Assembly (NCBI GenBank): GCA_964513625.1
Contig: CAZENH010000001.1
Span: forward strand, 241,642 to 305,641
Direction: 5' to 3'
Length of the DNA: 64,000 nucleotides
Source: an uncultured Myxococcales bacterium
GTDB lineage: Bacteria; Myxococcota; B64-G9
Part shown: positions 37,109 to 46,195 of the stretch, one piece after another
Position numbering within the stretch: position 1 is the stretch's first letter
Layout of the letters: each line of letters begins with the position of its first letter
Notes under the pieces: generated by a model
The model's input: only the letters and a program-made list of their open reading frames with translations
Database searches by the model: none
What the model was told of the DNA's origin: nothing
Program-made: the position numbers and the translations under genes

Positions 37109-37507
37109 ATGTCCAAGGATAAATTTCCGAAGGCGGAGAAGAGCACACAGGCTTTTCTCACCAAGGACGAAAAGAAGCTGACTCGTCGAGACCTGCTCTC
37201 GACTTCCAGCGTGGCTCTGCTCGCGGCCGCCGGTACAGCGATGATCCCTGGTAAGGCTGGGGCATCGACTGTTTCAAAGGCGCTAAAGCTACGCAAGAAG
37301 GCGCCAGGCGTCGGTGGGATATCGGGCAAGGATCTGTCGCACTGCTCGCACGGCTCGCACGGGTCCCACGGCTCACACGGGTCCCACGGCTCTCACGGGT
37401 CCCACGGCTCACACGGGTCCCACGGCTCACACGGGTCCCACGGCTCACACGGTTCGCACGGGTCCCACGGTTCGCACGGATCTCACGGATCTCACGGGTC
37501 CTGGTAG
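37109..37507 (+). CDS. hxsA: His-Xaa-Ser repeat precursor protein (HxsA-like). It has a twin-arginine-type signal peptide followed by SHC(SHG)17SW.
   Basis: [52 protein letters not shown]|[24 protein letters not shown] then 18 consecutive Ser-His-Xaa triplets. Strong SD. It lies immediately downstream of two rSAM-SPASM genes. Confidence 0.8.
   Translation: MSKDKFPKAEKSTQAFLTKDEKKLTRRDLLSTSSVALLAAAGTAMIPGKAGASTVSKALKLRKKAPGVGGISGKDLSHCSHGSHGSHGSHGSHGSHGSHGSHGSHGSHGSHGSHGSHGSHGSHGSHGSHGSW
37337..37504 (+). repeat. perfect in-frame 9-nt (18-nt super-unit) tandem repeat TCN-CAC-GGN x18 encoding (Ser-His-Gly)n
   Basis: tcccacggctcacacggg is repeated with only synonymous third-position changes. 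Confidence 0.95.
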
Positions 37508-37511
37508 CCCT

Positions 37512-39311
37512 TCAGTCCTTTGGTTTTCTGCAAACCAATATCCAAAGCGTGCTTTTTGTTTCATCGGTTGTGAATTTCTGTTCGGTAGCCAACCCGCATT
37601 TTTCACAAAGCTCTTGAACTTCCTCCAGGTGGAGGTTTGTAAGATGCCCGAAAGGCAATCCAGATTGTGACTCTACCCGCTGTGTGACTTGAGCTTTTCT
37701 CAGCACTCCGAAAACCTCGTCCTCGGCCAGGATAATGCGGCCGCCGGGAACAGTCAGGGCTGCCATTTTCGAGACGGCGGTTTTGATTGATGGCAGATGA
37801 TTCAAGCTTCTCAGCGCACAGACTGTGTCATAATTAGGCTCGCTTCCGTGAAAATCATCGAAAGTCGTTTTTTCGAAGAAGATGTTTTCCCCCTGTTCGA
37901 TGCTATCAATATCAGGGTCAATACCGAGATAGACCAGGCTTCCTTCGTCGATTGCCGGAAGAATGGCATCCAGATAAGGACTCTGGCCGCAGCCGACATC
38001 CAATAACGTCCCCCGCGCTGTCGCAAGAACACTTCGGAGAATCTCCACGGCTCGCTCGAAAGAAGGCTCTGCTGTTTGCTCAAAAACTCCGCCGCATAAT
38101 GAGCGTATTGGGCACACCGAACAATTCTTTGAAAGAACCAGTCGCTTGAGATCGCGGCCTAGGTCATCCGAAAGCAACTTGTCACTTGTATCCAGGTAGA
38201 CCTGTCCAAGGTCGCGAATTGCGTGTCCGATGGTCTGGTCTGAAAAATCCCGGCTGGACGTATGAAAGACCTGGATACGCTCATCGCCCAGGTAGACGGC
38301 CATGCCCCGCACGGGATCGGGAGGAGGCAGACTGCCGGACTGGATGGGGCAACTTCGAGGCGAAAACGGCACGGGCACCGAGGGCGGCTTGAGGTTGAAC
38401 GAATTTGAAATATTCTGTGTGAGCGGATGCAACTCACCGTCGCCGCGGTTTGCAAGATATTGTTCGAATACCCCCCGACAGCGCCTGCGCAGGCTGCATT
38501 GCGAACAGAGAGATCCGAAGCCACGGTTGAGATCGTCGATTGGGTGCCAGTCGTCCTCGAATGCTTCGGACATGATGAAGAATCCATCCTCGCGCAAACC
38601 CGACTCGAGAGGATGGATGTTGTCGGGTAGCAGACACAGGGGAAAACCGTCGACTGCGTACCTTACTCCTTCAAAATCAGGTAGTTGTTCGATGATTCCT
38701 GCTATCGTCTCCGATGCGAGCTTCAAGGATGGCACCAGATCCTCGAAGTTGTCTAGAGCGTTGCCCTCCGGCTCGATCATCGAAAACTTCAAGCGCACCG
38801 GTGCAAGTTTGGCTGCAAGAGCGGGCATTCTTTCGAGGCTATCGATGTTCCAGGCAGTGACCACAATGTTAATAGTTAAATCGTCTATTTTTCCCGAGAG
38901 ATATCTCAATCCCTTGATGGTTTGGTTGAAAGATTTAACTTGCGTATGGCGGTCATGAAGCCCCGCCTCGGGAGCGCAAAGCGAAACGTAGACATACTCG
39001 AGTCGGCGCTCGATCAACTGTTCGGCAAGACTCCCATATGCCAGCATGCGACCGTTGCTAACCAGTCCTAGAGCCATATCCGCATTGCGTATTATGTTTG
39101 TGATATCAAGCAGATCAATCCGGATAGTGGGTTCACCCCCGGAGAGCACCAGCATGTCGGCGCCAAGGGAGGCTGCCCGCTGGATCTTTTTTTCAAGCTG
39201 CTCGATGCTAGAATCGATTCCCCGGTGCGGGGATGAGTGGCAGAAGACGCAGTTATTATTGCAGCTGTAACCGATCTTCAACAACGCCTTTCGCGATTGA
39301 CTCTTGAACAT
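37512..39311 (-). CDS. radical SAM (SPASM-like) and class I SAM methyltransferase fusion protein
   Basis: N-terminal half has [14 protein letters not shown] plus [12 protein letters not shown].../[12 protein letters not shown] Cys clusters. C-terminal half has [13 protein letters not shown] (methyltransferase motif I). I chose start ATG 39311 (MFKSQSRK) to avoid a 110-nt overlap with the upstream gene. It is convergent with hxsA, 4 nt apart. Confidence 0.7.
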   Translation of the reverse strand: MFKSQSRKALLKIGYSCNNNCVFCHSSPHRGIDSSIEQLEKKIQRAASLGADMLVLSGGEPTIRIDLLDITNIIRNADMALGLVSNGRMLAYGSLAEQLIERRLEYVYVSLCAPEAGLHDRHTQVKSFNQTIKGLRYLSGKIDDLTINIVVTAWNIDSLERMPALAAKLAPVRLKFSMIEPEGNALDNFEDLVPSLKLASETIAGIIEQLPDFEGVRYAVDGFPLCLLPDNIHPLESGLREDGFFIMSEAFEDDWHPIDDLNRGFGSLCSQCSLRRRCRGVFEQYLANRGDGELHPLTQNISNSFNLKPPSVPVPFSPRSCPIQSGSLPPPDPVRGMAVYLGDERIQVFHTSSRDFSDQTIGHAIRDLGQVYLDTSDKLLSDDLGRDLKRLVLSKNCSVCPIRSLCGGVFEQTAEPSFERAVEILRSVLATARGTLLDVGCGQSPYLDAILPAIDEGSLVYLGIDPDIDSIEQGENIFFEKTTFDDFHGSEPNYDTVCALRSLNHLPSIKTAVSKMAALTVPGGRIILAEDEVFGVLRKAQVTQRVESQSGLPFGHLTNLHLEEVQELCEKCGLATEQKFTTDETKSTLWILVCRKPKD

Positions 39312-39315
39312 GATG

Positions 39316-40314
39316 TCAGAGTCTGCCCGAAAGCCTGGGCCAAAACTGCGATCGAAGCGAGAAACGCATGTTTGAGCGTCTGTCATATTCGTCGAGCGCC
39401 GATGACAGGCAATCTTGCTTGCCAAACATCGCTCGCAGCATCAGCAAGCGGGAACTGTTCGGATAGATTTTTTCAAACTGCGTGATGGTTTCTTTTCCCT
39501 TTATTGTCTCGAACACGTGCAGGTCCTTTACGCATTCTCCGGAGATCTTCTCGGAAAGCTGCCCTGAACGGCAAGCCGACTCATCGCCGTTGCAAAGCGC
39601 CAGGCAAAAAGGTTCGAATTCACCGAACTCCTTGCACCTTGAAGCTTGTCGCTTTGACAGGATCTCGCATGTTGCGTGCATTTTTTCAGGGCTCATACCA
39701 AGAATGTCGGCTGCCTGATCGGCGAGTTTGCCGTGACAGTTTCCTCCATAGAGAACCAACATACGTGCCATGTCTAGGCGACAGCCCTTTCGCAGTCTGG
39801 GATCAATCCCACCCAATAGATCACATACGTTCGGGTTCCGGGAAACCAATGATTGGCAATTAGACCAGTTTGTGACTATGTCCCTGAGTGTATCGTCGCA
39901 AGCGCTCTCTGGATTGCTTGGCATCTGTCTTAATGTACTCGAGATGGAAGCTGTCTTGCTCCATAAAGGCTTAATAGTTGCCAGCAAGTCTTCGTAGGAT
40001 GGTTGCTTTGCGGTTCGCTCGCTGGCGACCTCTGTCAGAATCTTAGACAGACTTGCACGGGCCTGGAGATGAAGGTTCCAGAGCGCAAAATCGACTGGAA
40101 ATTCGCTGTATTCGTCCAGGTACATCTCGAGATCGAAGAACGAATCAAGGACTCGTTTCTCGATACTTCGGCCCAAGTACTCAACATACAATCGAATTCC
40201 TTCACGCCTGCCTTGACAAAAGCCTGCCTCGGCCCCGCGTGAGCCGGCCAACGCCAGGAAGGCAAATGTCAGGGTCCCGGCGGCCACCAGATTCGAACGA
40301 AAACGAGGTCTCAC
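39316..40314 (-). CDS. secreted cysteine-rich hypothetical protein (332 aa, ~20 Cys)
   Basis: Signal peptide MRPRFRSNLVAAGTLTFAFLALAGSRGAEA. No recognisable enzymatic motif. Confidence 0.45.
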   Translation of the reverse strand: MRPRFRSNLVAAGTLTFAFLALAGSRGAEAGFCQGRREGIRLYVEYLGRSIEKRVLDSFFDLEMYLDEYSEFPVDFALWNLHLQARASLSKILTEVASERTAKQPSYEDLLATIKPLWSKTASISSTLRQMPSNPESACDDTLRDIVTNWSNCQSLVSRNPNVCDLLGGIDPRLRKGCRLDMARMLVLYGGNCHGKLADQAADILGMSPEKMHATCEILSKRQASRCKEFGEFEPFCLALCNGDESACRSGQLSEKISGECVKDLHVFETIKGKETITQFEKIYPNSSRLLMLRAMFGKQDCLSSALDEYDRRSNMRFSLRSQFWPRLSGRL

Positions 40315-40383
40315 ACGTTTTTCCTCCTGGATCGATAGTTACCACACGTACCCGGTGCTAACAAGGCCGGCAACAGCTTTGGC

Positions 40384-40412
40384 TTGACCGGCACGCAATC
40401 GGATTCTAACCT
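40384..40412 (+). promoter_or_regulatory. candidate promoter TTGACC-17-TAACCT upstream of the dual rSAM gene
   Basis: Read directly. GGGAAGGGA lies before ATG 40458. Confidence 0.3.
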
Positions 40413-40457
40413 GCAAGTGGGCTGACTATTCGGGCAGGTCGGGAAGGGACTTTTTAA

Positions 40458-42707
40458 ATGCCGGAGGCCGTCATCATACAGCCGCCGTTGCTTCTCTCGA
40501 AGGAGTTCATCGACTATCCTTACTTCTCGAACCTAGGCGTCTACCAGGCGGCTTCCATTCTGAGAGGTTGTGGCTTTCAGGTCGCAGTAGTCGATGGCTT
40601 GATCGACGATGATGGCCTGCGCGAGATTGGAAAGCGGGCTTGGCTGGGAGAACCAAGAGACACCTTTCTTGAAAAGCTGGCTGGTATTCGCGCCGATTTG
40701 ATTGTCGTGCATGCATCCTCTTTTTCACGTACCGATCCCGGCAGAGACTGGCTTGTTGAAATAATGAACGGGCTGCAGGCGACAAGGCACGATTTGCTGG
40801 TCATGGCAGAAATGGTCACGGGCGGGATGCACTATCTCGAGACTGATCCACGTGACTGGCTGAACGAGATTCCCGGCCTGGATCTGTACCTGCGCTATGA
40901 GGGGGACAGACTGCTCGCCAGGCTCGCCAGCGAGCTTGCGGACGACCTGAGGCCGGAGCGTGAAATCTGGGAGGAACGACTTTCCTTTCCTCTGGATGAC
41001 TTGCCAGCTCCAGCCTTCGATCTGCTCGATTTCGAGGGCTACTTTTCGTTTCTGCAGCGGGCGCTGCAGACCCCCTGGCGGCCCGGACCGATTCCCGCCG
41101 AGCCGGCGCGGACTCTGCCAATAGTCACCGCGCGCGGTTGCCCATATGGATGCGTCTTCTGTTCATCCGGACCAGGCCTGGAAGGCGGCGACAGTCGCCG
41201 CTATCGACCCTTACCCTGGCCCATGGTTGAGTCTTGGATCCGAAGCTGGGTAAGTGAGTTCGGGCTGGAGCGCATCGTGGTGCTCGACGACGTAGCCAAT
41301 CTGGACAGACGACGTTTCAGCGCTCTTTTGGACGTGCTCGAAGAGCTTAAACTGCGCGTCGAATTTCCCAACGGCCTGCGCGCCGATCGCCTTGCAGAAG
41401 ACGACATCCGACGCCTTGCCGGTCTCACCTCGAGTCTCAAGGTGTCGCTGGAAAGCGCGAGTGTACGTGTCCAAAACGAAGTTCTCGGAAAGCGGCTCGA
41501 TCCGCAATCAGTTGAGAGAGTTGCAGAATGGTGCAAGCGGCACGGTCTCGGTTTGCAGGTGCACTACCTGGTGGGCATTCCGGGTGAGAACAGGAGCGAG
41601 ATTGTCCATACACTGCGCACGGCCCGAAGGTATCTCGACAGCTACGGAGCGAGTCCGCTCGTGCAATTCGCGGTTCCGCTGCCGGGCACCGAATTGGACA
41701 AGGTCTGCAGGGAGAAAGGGTACATGCAGGATCAACCCGAAGACTGGCTGGCCTGTTTTCAGCACCATCCCGTCATCAAGACTGCGGAATTCGATCAGCG
41801 ATTTCTCAGGCAGGCAGTTGATGCCTTTCGGCTGGTGACGGCTCCAAGTACGATGCGCAAAGTGATTGTCAACCTGACATATCTTTGCAACAACCACTGT
41901 ATCTTCTGTGCCGTGGGCGATCGAGCCCGCAGGCAGGCCGATACTGACAATGTGAAAGAGGCTTTACTCCGCTACAGAAGCGAGGGATTCGAACTGCTGG
42001 ATATCGACGGGGGAGAGCCAACGCTGCACCCCGGACTTTTCGAAGTAATAGCGCATGGACGTTCTCTGGGTTTCCAGCGCATAACTCTTGTGACCAACGG
42101 GAGGCGACTCAGCTACCGTGCCTATGCGGAGAGACTTGCCAGAAGCGGAGTGGACGAGGTGCTCGTGTCGTTGCATGCGCCTGACGCTGACGGCCAAGAA
42201 CGGATTACGGGCGTTTTCGAGAGCTTCGGCCAGACAGTAGCGGGAATACAGAACATCTTTGCCTGTCTTGGTTCTCCTGATCGTGTCGCCGTGAACACTA
42301 CGCTGGTGGCTGATAATCTGGCCTCTGTGCCGCAATTGGGGCGCTTGCTTACCGAGTTGGGTGTGCGGCGCTGGAACCTGCAGGTTGTCACTCCGTTTGG
42401 CCGGGCAGGGTACGAGCAATTACCGAGCCAGGAAAACCTGCGGCGCATCCTGGGCGATCTGCTGCAAAATCCACCCGGCCGGATGCATATTCAGATCGTC
42501 AATTGCCCCCCTTGCCTGTTGCCGGGCCACGAAGACGCGGCGGCCGCGGATTTCGGCAAGTCATCGCGGGACATGGTCTTTGTGGGCGAAAGTGGTGAGA
42601 ATTTGCAGGCATTCCTGGCTCACAGGAGAAAACAAGATGAACGCTGCCTGATCTGTACCTGGGCTACTTGTTGTCCGGGCATATATGTGTTCGATGACGC
42701 TGGTTGA
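40458..42707 (+). CDS. dual-domain radical SAM protein: an N-terminal B12-binding class B rSAM fused to a second rSAM domain with a C-terminal Cys-rich (SPASM-like) tail
   Basis: First core TARGCPYGCVFCSS (aa ~220). Second core NLTYLCNNHCIFCAVGD (aa ~480). Tail NCPPCLLPGHE...CLICTWATCCPG. Confidence 0.75.
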   Translation: MPEAVIIQPPLLLSKEFIDYPYFSNLGVYQAASILRGCGFQVAVVDGLIDDDGLREIGKRAWLGEPRDTFLEKLAGIRADLIVVHASSFSRTDPGRDWLVEIMNGLQATRHDLLVMAEMVTGGMHYLETDPRDWLNEIPGLDLYLRYEGDRLLARLASELADDLRPEREIWEERLSFPLDDLPAPAFDLLDFEGYFSFLQRALQTPWRPGPIPAEPARTLPIVTARGCPYGCVFCSSGPGLEGGDSRRYRPLPWPMVESWIRSWVSEFGLERIVVLDDVANLDRRRFSALLDVLEELKLRVEFPNGLRADRLAEDDIRRLAGLTSSLKVSLESASVRVQNEVLGKRLDPQSVERVAEWCKRHGLGLQVHYLVGIPGENRSEIVHTLRTARRYLDSYGASPLVQFAVPLPGTELDKVCREKGYMQDQPEDWLACFQHHPVIKTAEFDQRFLRQAVDAFRLVTAPSTMRKVIVNLTYLCNNHCIFCAVGDRARRQADTDNVKEALLRYRSEGFELLDIDGGEPTLHPGLFEVIAHGRSLGFQRITLVTNGRRLSYRAYAERLARSGVDEVLVSLHAPDADGQERITGVFESFGQTVAGIQNIFACLGSPDRVAVNTTLVADNLASVPQLGRLLTELGVRRWNLQVVTPFGRAGYEQLPSQENLRRILGDLLQNPPGRMHIQIVNCPPCLLPGHEDAAAADFGKSSRDMVFVGESGENLQAFLAHRRKQDERCLICTWATCCPGIYVFDDAG

Positions 42708-42720
42708 GATCTTATCTGTT

Positions 42721-42749
42721 TTGACAGCAATGCAGTGAAAACATAGGAT
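42721..42749 (+). promoter_or_regulatory. candidate sigma-70-like promoter TTGACA-17-TAGGAT upstream of the nucleotidyltransferase gene
   Basis: Hexamers read directly, 10 nt before ATG 42760. Confidence 0.35.
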
Positions 42750-42759
42750 AAAAAACGGA

Positions 42760-43497
42760 ATGCTCGAAGCCCCTTTCAAATGGCGCGTGCCCATGGTTGT
42801 TCTCGGGGCGGGAAAAGGGCGCCGACTGGGAACTGCTTCGGGTGGAATTCCGAAAATTCTTCTTCCCATTGTCCCGGCCTCGAATGAAATGCAACAACAC
42901 ACACTTCTCGATCTGTTGGTCCGGTCCTGGAAACCCTGGGCGAGCCGGTTGTACGTGGTGGCGTCTGCAGATACTGGTTTGATTCGTGCTGCCTTGAAAC
43001 GTCAGCCGCTGCCTGGCGAGATACACCTGCAACCAGAGCCTGATGGAACAGTGAATGCCTTGCTGTCTCTTGTACGGCATCTCCCCGAACGTTTCATTGT
43101 CGTTCTGGGTGACTGCCTGTTAGGTGGTCGCTTCGATGACCCCATTGGAGGCCCTTTCCCGGGTGTCGGCGTTTGGCAAGAGGCGGATCCAGACTCGATA
43201 AGGGCAAACTTTGCGGTTAGCTTGGATGCTGAGCGCATCAAGGCGGTTGAGGAGAAACCCGGCAAAGTAGATGGCCGACAGTGCGGTATGGGCGTTTATT
43301 TCCTGGACCGTGGTTTTCTAGAGAGCATTGCAGATTTACCTTTAAACGCCCACGGTCGTCGCGAGCTTACCGACGCACTTGAATATTTTCTTGCCAACGG
43401 CGGCGAACTGAGGGCATCGAATTTTTCAGGCAGCTACATAAACATAAACACTCCGGCAGACCTTCAAAGGGCCCGACAGCTTTTTGGCAATTCATGA
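42760..43497 (+). CDS. sugar-phosphate nucleotidyltransferase-family protein
   Basis: MVVLGAGKGRRLGTASGGIPKILLPIV N-terminal NTP-transferase signature. Confidence 0.6.
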   Translation: MLEAPFKWRVPMVVLGAGKGRRLGTASGGIPKILLPIVPASNEMQQHTLLDLLVRSWKPWASRLYVVASADTGLIRAALKRQPLPGEIHLQPEPDGTVNALLSLVRHLPERFIVVLGDCLLGGRFDDPIGGPFPGVGVWQEADPDSIRANFAVSLDAERIKAVEEKPGKVDGRQCGMGVYFLDRGFLESIADLPLNAHGRRELTDALEYFLANGGELRASNFSGSYININTPADLQRARQLFGNS

Positions 43498-45098
43498 TCT
43501 CGGTATTAATCATTCCAAGTCGGCTGGAAGGCCTGGCAGAGAGCATGGCCGGCATCACGGCCCAACTGGGTCCGGACGACGAACTGCTGGTGGCGCCTCT
43601 CTCTCGCTCAGTGAAGTTTAGGGCTGTCGTCGCCAATCTGGTCTCCGGTATATCCGGCCGGCGTGCGAAACTGATACACACAACGGATTACCTTCCAGAT
43701 GTTATGCATGGGAGTTTTTTACTGCCTTTTCGGGAAGGGGAAGTGCTGCTTCCCGGGGCGCTTTCCAGGCTGAGCGATTTCATAAGACAAGATCCGGAAC
43801 AAGACTGTGTAAGGGTGTGGCCACCGGGGGTTGCGCCCAACAATGCCCGTCGCCGGCTCTTTGGAGTGCCCTTGGCGCTGAAACTCGGCAGGCCATACCT
43901 GTTGCACAAGACTCTGTTGCAGCGCCTGAGTCGCCGAGGTCTTCTGCGGACGTTGCGCGATGATTCAGCGGACATCATCCTGGCTATGGAGAATGCCGGA
44001 GGTGGAATCTGGTTTTCAGGAGACCTGCTGGAGTCACAAACCAGCGCGAGTCTGAGCAATCTTGATCGAGATCAAACACTAGCCCTGGTGAAAAAGTATG
44101 TTAAACAGCGCAAACTCGAGGTTTCCGTTGGCGGTATGGATACTGCCGTCGAGGTTCAGGCCGACCGCCCTCGCGGGATCGACATAGAACTGACTAACCG
44201 CTGTAACGCGCGCTGTATTTTCTGTCCCCAGCGCAGCATGGCAAGCTACGGAAATATGTCTGAAGATGTGTTTGATAGAATACTGCAAACGATCCGCGAA
44301 GAGCCGATCGGCACGATCTATTTCATTGGTCGGGGCGAGCCACTGGTGCATCCAAAGTTTATCGATTATATCAGGAAGATCCGCGACTTGACGGGAATCG
44401 AGTTCGAGTTGTTTACAAACGGCCTCGCCCTGGTTCCCGAAGTGGTCGATAATCTTGCCGAGCTGAACGACTCGTTTTTGAATATTACCATCAATGTCAG
44501 TCTGCATTCACTCAAGGAGGAAACTCATCGAGCGCTGACCGGCACTGATTTGGTGGTAATTGCCCAGAACCTGCGCTATCTCCAGAGTCGGGCAGACAAA
44601 CTTGATGTCAGCTACGCTTTCGTCACGAACAAGATCAACGAAGAAGAAATGGCGTCACTGCGCCGCTACCTCGACCGAACGGGAAACCGTAAGTGGGACG
44701 TGTCCCTGGTTTACAACAAGGGCGGGCTGATCGAAGAGGGGCCCCTGTTCGACTGGGATTTCTATCGTCGACAACTTACTCTTGAAGATTCTGCCTCCGG
44801 TTTGACGGGTCCGTGCTGGTACTCGTACTGCGGAGCATACTATTTCGTGAACTATCGCGGCCAGTTCACTCTGTGTCATGACGATTTTCGCGAGGAAACA
44901 ATCCTGGGTGAGGTAGGCAAGGACAGCCTCGATACCATCGATTCCCGCGTGGCAGAGCTGCACCGACAGGGTGGCGCACCTCGTTGCCGACGTTGCAACA
45001 AGAGACAACGCGAGCTATTTCATGGAGAAAACATCGACTCCGAGTCTCAGGTCAAGGGGCGTTTCACTATCGAGGCCAGGGAGTCATCGAGAGTATGA
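43494..45098 (+). CDS. radical SAM/SPASM protein with a ~220-aa N-terminal non-rSAM domain
   Basis: IELTNRCNARCIFCPQRS. C-terminal CWYSYCGAYYFVNYRGQFTLCHDDF...CRRC. ATGA overlap with the upstream gene. Confidence 0.7.
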   Translation: MISVLIIPSRLEGLAESMAGITAQLGPDDELLVAPLSRSVKFRAVVANLVSGISGRRAKLIHTTDYLPDVMHGSFLLPFREGEVLLPGALSRLSDFIRQDPEQDCVRVWPPGVAPNNARRRLFGVPLALKLGRPYLLHKTLLQRLSRRGLLRTLRDDSADIILAMENAGGGIWFSGDLLESQTSASLSNLDRDQTLALVKKYVKQRKLEVSVGGMDTAVEVQADRPRGIDIELTNRCNARCIFCPQRSMASYGNMSEDVFDRILQTIREEPIGTIYFIGRGEPLVHPKFIDYIRKIRDLTGIEFELFTNGLALVPEVVDNLAELNDSFLNITINVSLHSLKEETHRALTGTDLVVIAQNLRYLQSRADKLDVSYAFVTNKINEEEMASLRRYLDRTGNRKWDVSLVYNKGGLIEEGPLFDWDFYRRQLTLEDSASGLTGPCWYSYCGAYYFVNYRGQFTLCHDDFREETILGEVGKDSLDTIDSRVAELHRQGGAPRCRRCNKRQRELFHGENIDSESQVKGRFTIEARESSRV

Positions 45099-46168
45099 GT
45101 CGACTGCGAATATACGCCCTGTTTGGAGACGATGGAAGATACGCGGGCCGGGTGTCGTCGGATGAGAAGCATGAGATGCACTTCAGCTCTTACTCGTTCG
45201 ACAACCTCGTCGAACGCGCGGGCACAGACAGTATTCGTGTCCGGCGCTCGCGGATCGATCGGGTTCTCGATGAAATGGAAGAGTTCGACGCCGTCTTTTC
45301 CGACAGCCCCGACCTGATGCTGCTGCACTATGTGCGCAGGAAACGAAAGATGCGCCCCATGCCCTGGCTGGTCAACGAGGTTGACCGATTCAAGACGGCA
45401 GGCTTGGTGCGCCGCTTTGTAGAAGATCACTACGGGGAAGACCCTTTGGCCGGGGTCCTACAAGCAGGCGAAGTTCTCTGGTTCACTATTGTGAGTGGCC
45501 TTGACGGCTACTATCGGAAAATGGGAATTCCCGCGGAAAACATCTTCTACCTTCCCATGGCGCGATCGTCCATCGGTTTTTTCCTGCCCGAACTGATCGG
45601 CACCCAAGATCGAGATACGACCGAATCGCCGGTCAGCCGGATCGATTGCCCAATATCTCCCGGCGCCATCCTGGCAATCGGCTCGCATGAGCGCGACTAT
45701 GCTTGCCTGGCTGAGGCTCTCTCGGGAACAGAGAAGACAGCAGAGATTGTTTGCAACTTGTCTCTATATAGGGACCGACCCGCGGGGCCCTTGATTTGGC
45801 ATGACTCAATGCCCGCCGAAGAGTATCTGGAGGGAATAAGGCGAGCCTCGATGGTGATCTTGCCGCTTAGGCCAGTCGATCGCGCTCTGGGACAGATGTC
45901 CTGCGCTCTGCCCATGAGACTTGGAAAGGCGATTATTGCAACGCAGATGCCTTCTTTGAGTGCTCATTTGCAAAACGGCGAAAGCGGCCTGACTTACCCT
46001 GCAGGTGATGCCGAGGCTCTCAGGGTATGCATACTCAGGTTGGCAGCAGACGGGGAAGAGCGCTCACGGCTCGGCGCGGCTGCGGCACACCGCGAGAGGG
46101 AGCTTTCGGAAATGGCCGAGGAAGCAATTGATAAAATTCTCGAGCGCCTGACAGGCTTGAAGGCCTGA
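45095..46168 (+). CDS. GT4-like (GT-B fold, glycosyl transferase group 1) glycosyltransferase
   Basis: C-terminal ...GESGLTYPAGDAEALRVCILRLAADGEERSRLGAAA... (E-x7-E-like region). ATGA overlap places the start at 45095 (MSRLRIY). Confidence 0.6.
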   Translation: MSRLRIYALFGDDGRYAGRVSSDEKHEMHFSSYSFDNLVERAGTDSIRVRRSRIDRVLDEMEEFDAVFSDSPDLMLLHYVRRKRKMRPMPWLVNEVDRFKTAGLVRRFVEDHYGEDPLAGVLQAGEVLWFTIVSGLDGYYRKMGIPAENIFYLPMARSSIGFFLPELIGTQDRDTTESPVSRIDCPISPGAILAIGSHERDYACLAEALSGTEKTAEIVCNLSLYRDRPAGPLIWHDSMPAEEYLEGIRRASMVILPLRPVDRALGQMSCALPMRLGKAIIATQMPSLSAHLQNGESGLTYPAGDAEALRVCILRLAADGEERSRLGAAAAHRERELSEMAEEAIDKILERLTGLKA

Positions 46169-46195
46169 GAGGTATATGGAGCGATTTGACGCACG

